From Octopus bimaculoides (lineage: Eukaryota), in contig NC_068983.1 of assembly GCF_001194135.2 (NCBI RefSeq), positions 167,190,462 through 167,222,682 of the forward strand: DNA of 32,221 nucleotides, read 5' to 3'. Shown here in pieces: positions 21,847-32,221 of this stretch. The notes under the pieces were generated by a model. That model searched no databases and had not been told where the DNA came from. It saw only the letters and a list, made by a program, of their open reading frames with translations. Every line of letters starts with the position of its first letter. Position 1 is the first letter of the stretch. A program made the translations under genes and the position numbers.

Positions 21847-22012
21847 TGGGAGAATGTACGAAAAAACAACAGACGAGGACAGGTGGTGTAAATAACAAAA
21901 GGATGTATTAGTATGACGCTCGGGAATACGGAAAGTCTTTGACTTTTCGAGCTACGCTCTTCAACAGAAAGAATACGGAGACAAGGAGAAAAACACGGAG
22001 AAAAAAATTGAA
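21845..22012 (-). mobile_element. Penelope-like pLTR fragment abutting (TA)n
   Basis: It starts directly at a TA microsatellite and contains the hammerhead-like motif described below, which is characteristic of PLE pLTRs. Confidence 0.55.
21936..21972 (-). ncRNA. Degenerate minimal type I hammerhead ribozyme
   Basis: The reverse complement is TCTTT-CTGTTGA-A-GAGC-GTA-GCTC-GAAA-AGTC-AAAGA. Helix I is TCTTT/AAAGA and helix II is GAGC/GCTC. The core is CUGUUGA (canonical CUGANGA) and GAAAAGUC (canonical minimal GAAACGUC). Confidence 0.6.
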
Positions 22013-22142
22013 TAGTGTTCAGTCAACGGTCAATCATGTGTGTATATATGTATATATATGTGTGTGTATATATATGTGTGTGCGTACATATATATCTATA
22101 TATCTATATCTACACACACATTCACACATATACGCTTCCGCG

Positions 22143-22197
<55 letters not shown>

Positions 22198-22550
22198 GCG
22201 CGTAATATTAAAATACATTGAATATTAAACAATGTAAAATAACGTTTGTAAGATCTTATACGGCTTTTATAAGATACTTCATCGCCTATTTATTATTATT
22301 TTCTTCTTCTTATCCTTTTCTTTTAAACAAAGCAACACCGTTGGTCTTCTCTATCTCTTACTTCAGCTATGTTTCAGATTAGGCAAATACGTATACAATC
22401 ACATTTGAACAATTGAATATTTAAAACAACATTAAAATACATTGAATGTTGCAATATAGTATGAAATAATGTTTTAAATGTATTTTACGATAACTTATCG
22501 TCTCCTTATTTTACTCTACTCCATCCGTTCATTTAATAAAAATATATATT

Positions 22551-22972
22551 CTGCCGTCTGTGTAACATGCTTATTGCAAATACATCACGAGAAGCCAAAT
22601 TATCTGTGGTTTTCGACCCGAGATAATATCTCTTACGGACGTTCCGTGTTAAATGACGCAAATATATCAATAACAGATGAAAATCATCCAACAATTGCAG
22701 TGAGAATGTTAGGTGCGCATTTCTGTCTCTTTCGGTTTCGTCAGCAGTATGTCATTGATAAAGAAAAACAGTGATTGAAATATCGTTGGCATTGTAATTC
22801 GCCGATTGACTGAATAAAAATCCGTTATGTGTAACAAAAACAGAATTAGATTAGAATAGACAGCTGTGTATCATACTTAATGCAAATACATCACAAAACC
22901 CCAAATTAACTGCGGTATTTGTCCGGAGATAATATCTCATGGGTGTCCTGTGCTAAATAACAACATATGTAT
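22551..22972 (+). repeat. Diverged direct repeat of about 110 bp (about 22551-22670 and 22861-22972)
   Basis: Shared blocks TGTGTA.CAT.CTTA.TGCAAATACATCAC, CCAAATTA.CTG.GGT, GAGATAATATCTC and TG.TAAAT.AC. Confidence 0.75.
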
Positions 22973-23491
22973 ATATATAATTTTGTAATGATGTCCAGGT
23001 GACTTCAGATATGCTTCATAATAAGCAGCATGGTGTTGTATTGGACAAGAGGATAAGTTATTAAATGACCAACTCAAAGACCGAGACTTTAATCTTCCTG
23101 CAGGCGTTTCAGTAAGGCATTTTATTTAACTCCGCGAGATTTACTAAAAAATATGTTAGGACCCAAAAATATATCAGTTACCTTGCGATGGATCAACATC
23201 TTATTTCAAACAAGTTTCTTTCTTTCTTTCTTTTTTTCTTTGTGTTATAGAAAATGTAGTCGTGTTTGGTTCGTGAAAAATTTACCTCAGTTCATGGCCA
23301 AATACATTTGGTCAATGTCAATATTTTCTTTCATTTCCTCTCAACTCCTCAAAGCCCTGTGTTTAGTCTAAACCGACTGGAACTTTCTCATGAATAATGA
23401 ATGAATAACAATTAATTAATAACCCGGTAATTTTTTTTATAGAGCTTTTCTTTTATTCTATTATTTATTCAAAATAATTAATCCTTGTGTT

Positions 23492-24230
23492 NNNNNNNNN
23501 NNNNNNNNNNNNNNNNNNNNNNNNNNNNNNNNNNNNNNNNNNNNNNNNNNNNNNNNNNNNNNNNNNNNNNNNNNNNNNNNNNNNNNNNNNNNNNNNNNNN
23601 NNNNNNNNNNNNNNNNNNNNNNNNNNNNNNNNNNNNNNNNNNNNNNNNNNNNNNNNNNNNNNNNNNNNNNNNNNNNNNNNNNNNNNNNNNNNNNNNNNNN
23701 NNNNNNNNNNNNNNNNNNNNNNNNNNNNNNNNNNNNNNNNNNNNNNNNNNNNNNNNNNNNNNNNNNNNNNNNNNNNNNNNNNNNNNNNNNNNNNNNNNNN
23801 NNNNNNNNNNNNNNNNNNNNNNNNNNNNNNNNNNNNNNNNNNNNNNNNNNNNNNNNNNNNNNNNNNNNNNNNNNNNNNNNNNNNNNNNNNNNNNNNNNNN
23901 NNNNNNNNNNNNNNNNNNNNNNNNNNNNNNNNNNNNNNNNNNNNNNNNNNNNNNNNNNNNNNNNNNNNNNNNNNNNNNNNNNNNNNNNNNNNNNNNNNNN
24001 NNNNNNNNNNNNNNNNNNNNNNNNNNNNNNNNNNNNNNNNNNNNNNNNNNNNNNNNNNNNNNNNNNNNNNNNNNNNNNNNNNNNNNNNNNNNNNNNNNNN
24101 NNNNNNNNNNNNNNNNNNNNNNNNNNNNNNNNNNNNNNNNNNNNNNNNNNNNNNNNNNNNNNNNNNNNNNNNNNNNNNNNNNNNNNNNNNNNNNNNNNNN
24201 NNNNNNNNNNNNNNNNNNNNNNNNNNNNNN
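23492..24230. other. Assembly gap (739 N). Other gaps: 1571-1620, 12858-12927, 17934-18072, 27147-27520
   Basis: N runs. The long X-filled ORFs in the track are artefacts of these gaps. Confidence 1.
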
Positions 24231-24375
24231 CGTGTGTGCGCGTGATTGTGCACATTTGTGCATTTAGGTGCTATAGTGTGTGTTCTCTTTTAAATATAAA
24301 ATATACACGTACTACATGATTCACATGCGCGTGGAAGCACACATGCATAAATGTATGCACACACAAACACGTAAG

Positions 24376-24416
<41 letters not shown>

Positions 24417-25169
24417 ATCCAAATGAGAATCGAAACAGTATGTGTGCGTGTGCGTGTGTGTGTGTAAGTGGATGTATCAAGTGCGCAGCGAATTACTGTA
24501 TAAGGGTGCAGCTTAGCTTCGAATAATAAGTGAAACACCCCAGTGATGCAGGATCCAGTGGATGGAACATTCATACAAGTTGGTGTTGTTACGTAATATG
24601 AAGAATACAGAGTTCGAAAGAACAACAGGAAGCAAATTGTTGATATTTCAATTAATCCATCACGGTTAATTCTGCAATCAATAATCAAAATCAATAAGTA
24701 ATTAGAAATTATATTATTAGTTATTAATTGTAGACACCACTTAAGATATTTATTTCACAACTACACCAGATAAGCCACACTTTTCTTAAGGTGACTTCCA
24801 TTCCCTTCATTAGCACTTAAGTCGTTCCTGTATGTTATTAAAGGATTTTCATGTGCAGACCTTTTCTAATGCTTCCATAATCATTCTTGACTTACCTTTG
24901 AACTCCTCTATCCTTCTTCCTATGAATATAATTGTTGAACACTTAATTCTTGAATCGTTGTGATCAACATCATTCTACAGCAGTCATTCCTACCCGAAAA
25001 CGTTTTATCCTTAATATTCTACCCGAAAAAGTTTTTCCTACTCCCGACCATTTGCACTCAATGTTTGTGTCATGCCTTCTACCCTTACATCGTTGTTGCT
25101 AAGATTATCAGAACCACAACCTTTGACGTTTCGCCTCTCATCAACACTGCCATTATCGCCACAGTCTTC

Positions 25170-25725
25170 TTTTTTTATTTTTTACCTGCTTCACCGCCGT
25201 ATTCCTGAGGTGTATGCGGCATTGACTTATTTTCCTTTGGGGCAGGGGTGGGGTTCCATTAATTCCTGTTGGTGTACCGTTTGTTTTGTTATGGGGTTTA
25301 GTCTCTTGTTATATTCATGTTTGTTCTGCTGTGCGTGGTGTATGTAATGTGAGTTGTGTTATTTTATTGGGCCTTAATCTTGTAAAGTATATGTCACATG
25401 AGCTTGTGTTGTTTTAGATTATTAGTTGCTTATAAAATAGGAGGAAGTGTGTTGTGTGAGAAGCTTTTTCTATTTCAGCTATTCTGTTGAAATCGTTGGT
25501 GTCCTGCGCAAACTGTAAGCTCTTCTTTGAAGAACTATTTCTTAGACAATGTGTAGTGTTGTGAACCCCGGTGTAGTTTCTATGATTCTTTTCATATTTT
25601 TTAAACATGCCAAATGCTCCAATTACTTAGTGTTCTTGTTTACACTCTCATACCCCACCTCTTGAATATTTCAATTTCAAGGGCCTTGTATTTCGATAGT
25701 TTTTCCACTTCTTTTCGGCCAATAT
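25170..25725 (-). mobile_element. Decayed RLE-type (R4/HERO-like) LINE 3' fragment
   Basis: With frameshifts the minus strand reads KEVEKLSKYKALEIE/WGMRV/VIGAFGMFKK/IVLQRRAYSLRRT, matching KE.EK..KY..L..E...MW.....P.VIGALG...LQK..L.GTA.ILRR. An A-rich tail lies at about 25170-25185. Confidence 0.7.
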
Positions 25726-26140
<415 letters not shown>

Positions 26141-26148
26141 TATTGTTG

Positions 26149-26342
26149 TCAAGGCGGCGAGCTGGCAGAATCGCTAGCACACTGAACAAAATGCTTAATG
26201 GCATTACGTCCGTCTTTAAGTTCTGAGTTCAAATTCCGCTGAGGTTGCCTGTCATCCTTCCAGGGTCGATGAACACCAGTTGAGTCCAAAGGTCGATGTA
26301 GCCGACAAGCCCACCCCCACCAAAATTTCCGGCCTTGTGCTT
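26149..26342 (+). mobile_element. SINE family B
   Basis: AAGGCGGCGAGCTGGCAGAATCGCTAGCAC head, TTCTGAGTTCAAATTCCGCTGAGG B-box, TCATCCTTCCAGGGTCGAT core and CCGGCCTTGTGC end. Confidence 0.9.
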
Positions 26343-26344
26343 AC

Positions 26345-27075
26345 AGTGGAAGAAGTGTATCGGTGGGTAAGGCATCGACGAGGATGAACTTGCTGGTCTG
26401 TTTCGGAGGACTTTCGAATCCGGTACTACCATCGATAACTTCCAGAAACGTCTGGTCTGACAGTGCTGCAGCTGGGCACTGCCAGTTTCAGATAAATTCT
26501 TTAGATGTGGAAACGTTGTCAGGCGGGACTGTCTGGGATGCACGCAGAGCGCGATGAAACCGTTCTACACGCACTCGTGCAGTGTCTGAGTATTGCTGAC
26601 ATGTGGACTTATGTCGAACAGCTGTTATCGCATGTGGGACGAATCTGACCCCCCCTACTCCCCATCTTTAACAAGTCAGGGCAGGCGGTGTTCTTCTGCC
26701 TTGTGGCGATGACGAAAGAGGCTAAAAGATCAAGGAAAGACTCCTTCATCTTCGGCGGTCAAGTCTTCATCAACTTCTGAAAAGGAAAGTGTGTAAAGAG
26801 GAAAGTGCAACTTCCCAGTGGAGGGCAACAGCGCACGTGACTTTGGTGACCAGAGTAATCGTTGGTCTGTGGGTTCCTTGCTGGACCACTTCCTGTATCA
26901 GGAGGAATGCACCATTCTTGTTATTACATATTGTTTTCTAGGTATACTTTTATCACACGTCACCGTCTTCTCCATTTCTTTCTCCCTAACCTTTATGTAA
27001 ATTCCTACACAAATTGTTGTCTGTCTTTGTGGTGTGACCCTCATCTATGCCCCTGTGGCCAATAAAAGAAATTAT
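26345..27075 (+). mobile_element. Tx1/L1-clade LINE 3' fragment with 3'UTR and AATAAA-containing end
   Basis: Reads IDEDELAGLFRRTFESGTTIDNFQK...ALPVSDKFFRCGNVVRRDCLGCTQS/DETVLHALVQCLSIADMWTYVEQLLSHVGRI. The 3'UTR ends ...GGCCAATAAAAGAAATTATTATT and is homologous to 9597-9790 (minus). Confidence 0.85.
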
Positions 27076-27084
27076 TATTGTTGT

Positions 27085-27582
27085 TATCGTTGTTGGTGGT
27101 AGTGGTGGTGGTGGTGGTGGTGGTGGTGGTAGTGGTGGTGGTGGTGNNNNNNNNNNNNNNNNNNNNNNNNNNNNNNNNNNNNNNNNNNNNNNNNNNNNNN
27201 NNNNNNNNNNNNNNNNNNNNNNNNNNNNNNNNNNNNNNNNNNNNNNNNNNNNNNNNNNNNNNNNNNNNNNNNNNNNNNNNNNNNNNNNNNNNNNNNNNNN
27301 NNNNNNNNNNNNNNNNNNNNNNNNNNNNNNNNNNNNNNNNNNNNNNNNNNNNNNNNNNNNNNNNNNNNNNNNNNNNNNNNNNNNNNNNNNNNNNNNNNNN
27401 NNNNNNNNNNNNNNNNNNNNNNNNNNNNNNNNNNNNNNNNNNNNNNNNNNNNNNNNNNNNNNNNNNNNNNNNNNNNNNNNNNNNNNNNNNNNNNNNNNNN
27501 NNNNNNNNNNNNNNNNNNNNTAGTGGTGGTGGTGGTGGTAGTGGTGGTAGTGGTGGTAGTGGTGGTGGTGGTAGTGGTGGTA
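27085..27582. repeat. (GGT)n/(AGT) microsatellite spanning an N-gap
   Basis: Direct reading on both sides of gap 27147-27520. Confidence 0.9.
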
Positions 27583-27847
27583 TTATCGTCATTATTCAAT
27601 TTGGACTTCGGTGACATTGCTACTGTCAGCATATGCACAATATCAACGCTCATGTGTATGTATATGTATATATATATGTATATATATATGTATATGTTAC
27701 TCCATGTGATTAGGCGTGAGCGTGCTAGTGTGTGTATGTCTATACACTCGCACATATGTGTGTGTATGTATGTATTATTATTTGTGTATACGTACGTATA
27801 TATATATGCGTGTATACTTATGTGCGTTTGAGCACGGCACTGTATAT

Positions 27848-27890
<43 letters not shown>

Positions 27891-28310
27891 ATATATACAC
27901 ACATACACACATATATATATATACACACATACATATCTGTTCTTATTTGCTTTTCCTTAAGCCCTTAATAACCTAATTGCTGAAGTGGTTACAACCCGAA
28001 GAATCCTGTTTCTTCCCTTCCTCTCCACCACACACTCTTTGACTCTCTTTGATTCTGTGCGTTTTATCGCCTTTTCTATACGTTTACACTTAATATCGTT
28101 ATTTTATCTTTATATTTCCTGTACCATTGTAACTTCATTTGTTTTTTACATTTGTGTTTTATTTCTTGCACTTTCTTACAGTCCTGGTCAGTTTATTCCA
28201 ATGACCTCCTTTCACGTATATCGCTGTGAGCACAACTTCGTAACTTAAACCGATGGACTCCTTTCTACATTTGTTTCTATTTCTGACTACCCAGGTTATC
28301 GTCGCACCCC

Positions 28311-28313
<3 letters not shown>

Positions 28314-28387
<74 letters not shown>
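28314..28387. repeat. (CT)n microsatellite
   Basis: Direct reading. Confidence 0.95.
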
Positions 28388-28390
<3 letters not shown>

Positions 28391-28671
28391 ATCCTCTTAA
28401 CTTTCATCTGGCTCATGAATATTCAAGACTTGTACATGCTCGGATATTATATATTTCAGCATGTCATCTGATGATGCCGTTGATGATGCGCGTGTGTGTA
28501 TAGTGGGATTGGCAATATATTGACGGGAGATGGAAAATCGATGCGTCGAACTAAAGTACTTTGTGATATATTGCGTTCCTGATCGGTTTGGTACCTGAAA
28601 TCGACTTTGCGTTTCACCTTTAAGCTGTTGATAATAGTTACTAAACAACAGGTAAAATATAATTGACTAAA

Positions 28672-28745
28672 ACTTTTGAAGGCGTTGCCCCAGCATGGAC
28701 GTAACCCATTGACTGAAGCCAGTAAAAGAATAAAAGAATAATAGA
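28672..28745 (+). mobile_element. Isolated SINE 3' tail (RTE-like)
   Basis: GGCGTTGCCCCAGCATGGACGTAACCCATTGACTGAAGCCAGTAAAAGAATAAAAGAAT resembles the family-A tail. Confidence 0.75.
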
Positions 28746-28791
28746 ATTAAAAAATGAATACTTGTCTATTCTTTAGTATAGTTGAAGTGCA

Positions 28792-29125
28792 GATGCGCAA
28801 TAGCCCAGTGGTTAGGGCAGCGGACTCGCGGTTTCGATTCCCAGAATGTTTATTGAGCGAAAACACTTAAAGCTCCACGGGGCAGGGGGGAACGCTGCTG
28901 TACTCTTTCACCACAACTTTCTCTCACTCTTTGTTTCTGTTGTACCTGTATTTCAAAGAGCCAGTCTTGTCACACTCTGTGTCACACTGAATCTCCCTGA
29001 GAACTACGTCAAATGTACGCGTGTCTGTGGAGTTCTCGGCCACTTGTACGTTAATTTCACGAGCAGGCTGTTCCGTTGAGTGAATCAACTGGAACCCTCG
29101 TTGTCGTAATCGACGGAGTACCGTA
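28792..29125 (+). mobile_element. tRNA-derived SINE family C, near full length with 5' internal deletions
   Basis: GCGCAATAGCCCAGTGGTTAGGGCAGCGGACTCGCGGTTTCGATTCCCAG carries A and B boxes. The body differs from families A and B. Confidence 0.8.
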
Positions 29126-30079
29126 GTACTTCAAGTACAATGTTTGAAAGACAACCGTCGGTTTATTTCTAAAACCATGACATGTAAATAAAATTCATTG
29201 TTTGTTGTTATTGTATTGTTTCTTTTGAAAATTAGTCTTCATTTCATCGTTTTTTATAAGCACCAAGAAATTTTGATGAAGAAAAATGTTGGATTATAAT
29301 TATTGTATGTACGCCATATTTCTTGATATTACCCTATGATGTTCCAAAGGTATGCGTCATAACACTTCAGCATGAGAATAAATAACAATGTGAATACTCA
29401 GTGGGACTTGAACCCACCAGTTATTGTTGATACGTTTAAAGTTATAGGGGGACTCTAAGGCATAGTTTCGAATTCCACTTAGTGCACACGTTTTCAATTT
29501 CTCTTACAAAATTACTGTTCATATTTGTCCTTTCTACTTCACATAAACACGTATCCTCAATTTAATTTAAACGAAAAAAAAAAAAAGAAAGAAAAATAGT
29601 CAGAGCATAACCCATTCTGTTATGTATATATTTATCTATATATTTATATATTTACTGTATTTAATTTCGTGAACGTTTCAAAATTAAGGAATAAAACAAA
29701 AGGAGAACATCGAAGTTACAGAAATATAATAATGATCCAAATTAGTTTGTTTTCTTTTGCTTGCATTTAATTTTGTTTAATTAGAATTTTCCTTTCCCTA
29801 AATTCTGTTTCTTTAATTAATTAAATAAACAATAGTTGCTACTATTCGCTGAAACAATTGCTTCGTCGTTTTCTTAGTTTTGCTGCTCCGCCGCCTCTGC
29901 CGCCATGGCTGTCGCCGCTGTTGTTGGTATTTGTCTCGTAACTGAATTTTACTCTAAAATAGCAAAAATATGGCAAACAGAAAAGAAGAAAGAAGGAAAG
30001 TGGAGACGGAGGACAGAAAAGAAAGAAAAGAAATGAGAATACATACACACACACACACACATACACACGCACACGCGCA

Positions 30080-30123
<44 letters not shown>

Positions 30124-30194
30124 CTGATTTTGGAACAATTCCAACAGTTTTGAGAAAATGGGGTTAGTCGGCACCATCCACCTCATTATTTGAT

Positions 30195-30345
30195 TGATAC
30201 TTTCTTCTATCGACCCTAAAAGATGAAAAGCGAATTTGAACTCGGCGGGAATTGAACTGAGAACGTAAAAAAGGAAAAAAAAATCGGAATAAATACCACG
30301 AGGCATTTTTTGAGGCTCTAACGATTCTACCATAGCATCAGTCTC
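30195..30345 (-). mobile_element. SINE family B fragment
   Basis: TATCGACCCTAAAAGATGAAAAGCGAATTTGAACTCGGCGGAATTGAACTGAGAACGTAAA...CTCTAACGATTCTACCA is the reverse complement of the family-B head and core. Confidence 0.8.
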
Positions 30346-30564
30346 AAGAAAATTTATATTATTCTTACCCAATGCCACACTCTCAGCTTTTCTGTTCTGA
30401 AGTAAACGAATGAAAGAATCTGTCCAACCTTTTTCCTAGAAAGGGGGAAAAAAATCTACATTTTCGTCGGAGCGAGATAAATCAAGCTGTCTGGTTGTTT
30501 TCGGTTCTTCAGTTCCTATAAGGCCTTCATGACCTTTGATATGGTTTTTACTTTAAGCACTAGG

Positions 30565-30737
30565 TCAGCAATTTTGAGTTGAGAGAAATTAGTGGATACC
30601 CTCGACCCCTGTACTTGAATGGTACTTTATTTTATCGACTACGAAAGGTAAAGCTACCTCATTGGAGTTTGAACTCAGATCGTAGCCGCTTGACATTATC
30701 AAACCACTCTAATAATTCTGCCAGCTCGGTGCCTTCA
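30565..30737 (-). mobile_element. SINE family B (diverged)
   Basis: TGGTACTTTATTTTATCGACTACGAAAGG...TTTGAACTCAG...CTCTAATAATTCTGCCAGCTCGGTGCCTT. Confidence 0.8.
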
Positions 30738-30949
30738 TATATGCGTCGATATCACATATAAACCTCCTTCCTCTTCCTAATGCAAAATTAAAAATATGTC
30801 TAGTTCTGGCTCTGATTCGGATAGAAATAATTAAAGCATCAAGTCGTATTTTTTCTTTTTGTCATATCACATAATCATTCAGTTGAAATAGAATAATCAC
30901 AGGTAAAAAGAAAATTCCGTTTTAATATCAGCAAACGCATTAAAATAAC

Positions 30950-31160
30950 GAACCGGCAGAATCGTTAACGCGCCGGACAAAGCGCAAAGCAGCATTTTTT
31001 TCTGTCTCCTTACGTTCGGAGTTCAAATGCCGTCGTGGTCGACTTTGCCTTTCATCTTTTCCGGTTCGTTAAAATAAGTATAAGTTGAGCACACTGAGGT
31101 CGATGTACTCGACTTAACCCTCCTCCGAAATTGCTGGCCTTGTGCCAAAATTTGAAACCA
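30950..31160 (+). mobile_element. SINE family B, near full length
   Basis: GGCAGAATCGTTAACGCGCCGGAC...GGTCGACTTTGCCTTTCATC...GCTGGCCTTGTGCCAAAATTTGAAAC. Confidence 0.9.
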
Positions 31161-31197
31161 GTGCAAGTACACAATCACGTATATTTATGTAAATGTG

Positions 31198-31790
31198 TGT
31201 GGCATGGTCGGGCCGACAATGACTAAACCTGCAACCTTACCTAGGAGTGTAGTTTCCGTTGGACGCCCTACAGGACGGAAAACAAAACCCGTCAAAGGGC
31301 AGATGAACTCAGTAGAATGAATGGCCTGGCAACAAGTAGGCGTGACAGCCCCTAGTCTTTGTTTAGACATCTTTCTAGAAGAAAAAACTCTGATAAAACA
31401 GCTGCGACTTCGTTTGCATCCAGTGAGGTAGACTAGTTCTTTTTGAGCAAATACATACGTTGTCGAGAGAGTGAGATTGGTCCTGCACAAGGTCTTTCCT
31501 CACTTCAAAAGCTTCAGGCACATGCATAGCATTAATTTTATCATCTCTACTATGCGCTTCACACTGACCGTAGTCAAAATAGATAAAACATTCAATGAAA
31601 AATTCTGTGATGGAGTGAAGGCATGTGCCAGTGTGACAGGTAACTCTCCGAACAACTGCTGCAAGAGGCGCCCATCATCGTCACATTTGTGCAAAGGAGT
31701 GTACGGCCTTGGCAGGCCTGAAAAGCCACGTCCGTGTTTTTAAGTTTAAGAGAACAATGAAGCGATGGAATTGTTCGAAGTCAGTTTGCA
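31198..31790 (+). mobile_element. RTE-LINE-derived segment: 5'UTR-like part joined to a decayed C-terminal zinc-finger end
   Basis: About 31690-31740 encodes ...LC...LAGLKSHVRV, the C2H2-like end of RTE ORF2. About 31370-31400, CTAGAAGAAAAAACTCTGATAAAA, resembles the RTE 5' motif (from memory). A TG/TATG microsatellite follows. Confidence 0.5.
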
Positions 31791-31811
31791 ATGTATGTGT
31801 GTATGTATGTA

Positions 31812-32221
31812 CCAATTTCTGACAAGCTGGTCATTTTGAGAGATTTCAATGCAAGAGTTGGAAGGGACTATGTTTCATGGCCTGTTTTAGGTCGACATGG
31901 GATTGGAAAATGCAATAGAAATGGAGTAGCTCTTTTGACGTTTTGTACTGAGAATGATCTGGTTGTCACCAACACTCTGTTTAAGCAGAAAAATAAATAT
32001 AAAGCCACCTGGATGCACCCAAGATCTAAGCACTGGCATCTCATAGATTATATTTTGATTAGGAAATGTGATATGAAAGACGTTTCTAGCGTTCGGGTCA
32101 TGAGAGGGGCAGAGAGCTGGACTGACCATCATCTACTGCGTGGCAAAATAGATTTTTCGATAAAACCTAAAAACCGACAGTCTGGTCCTAAGATACCCAA
32201 AAAGTTAAACGTTGCAAACTT
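31812..32221 (+). CDS. Partial APE endonuclease domain of RTE-clade LINE ORF2 (open frame, runs off the window)
   Basis: Stop-free 136 codons: PISDKLVILRDFNARVGRDYVSWPVLGRHGIGKCNRNGVALLTFCTENDLVVTNTLFKQKNKYKATWMHPRSKHWHLIDYILIRKCDMKDVSSVRVMRGAESWTDHHLLRGKIDFSIKPKNRQSGPKIPKKLNVAN. It contains the (G>R)DFNA, TWMHPRSKHWHLIDY and TDH motifs of RTE/BovB-type APE. Confidence 0.92.

Noticed and set aside
23461-24267. Five 250-265 aa ORFs
   Set aside because: They are almost entirely translated N-gap.
24530-24597. VMQDPVDGTFIQVGVVT, reminiscent of a trypsin-like protease C-terminus
   Set aside because: It is flanked by in-frame stops, lacks the GDSGGP motif and has no convincing splice sites.
29899-30045. 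Perfect vertebrate Kozak GCCGCCATGG opening a short (~46 aa) ORF, MAVAAVVGICLVTEFYSK...
   Set aside because: It arises in a degenerate (GCC)n tract, the ORF runs into a purine-rich low-complexity stretch, and the vertebrate Kozak consensus is not diagnostic in molluscs.

Overview
This is an AT-rich, microsatellite-dense animal window with five N-gaps. The repeat content looks like an octopus (coleoid cephalopod) genome; this is inferred from the repeat families and was not checked by search. I cannot support any host protein-coding gene. Most ORFs in the supplied track are translations of microsatellites or gaps, and the rest are fragments of decayed retrotransposons. The window is a mosaic of tRNA-derived SINEs (at least four families) and LINE fragments. 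The LINE fragments are three Tx1/L1-like zf-RVT ends, three RLE-type R4/HERO-like ends, and RTE pieces including an open APE endonuclease frame at the right edge. There are also two non-autonomous DNA transposons with GGA(T/C)CT termini and perfect 8-bp TSDs (Merlin-like), one of which carries telomere-type CCCTAA repeats. A Penelope-like cluster at 20.2-22.0 kb contains a 193-bp-arm foldback and a degenerate minimal hammerhead ribozyme. The most unusual unexplained structure is a 275-nt near-continuous hairpin (3858-4132) whose mismatches favour G:U pairs on the + strand. A compact CTCF/CCAAT/CRE/ETS/E2F motif cluster at 2680-2740 may mark a promoter or insulator.
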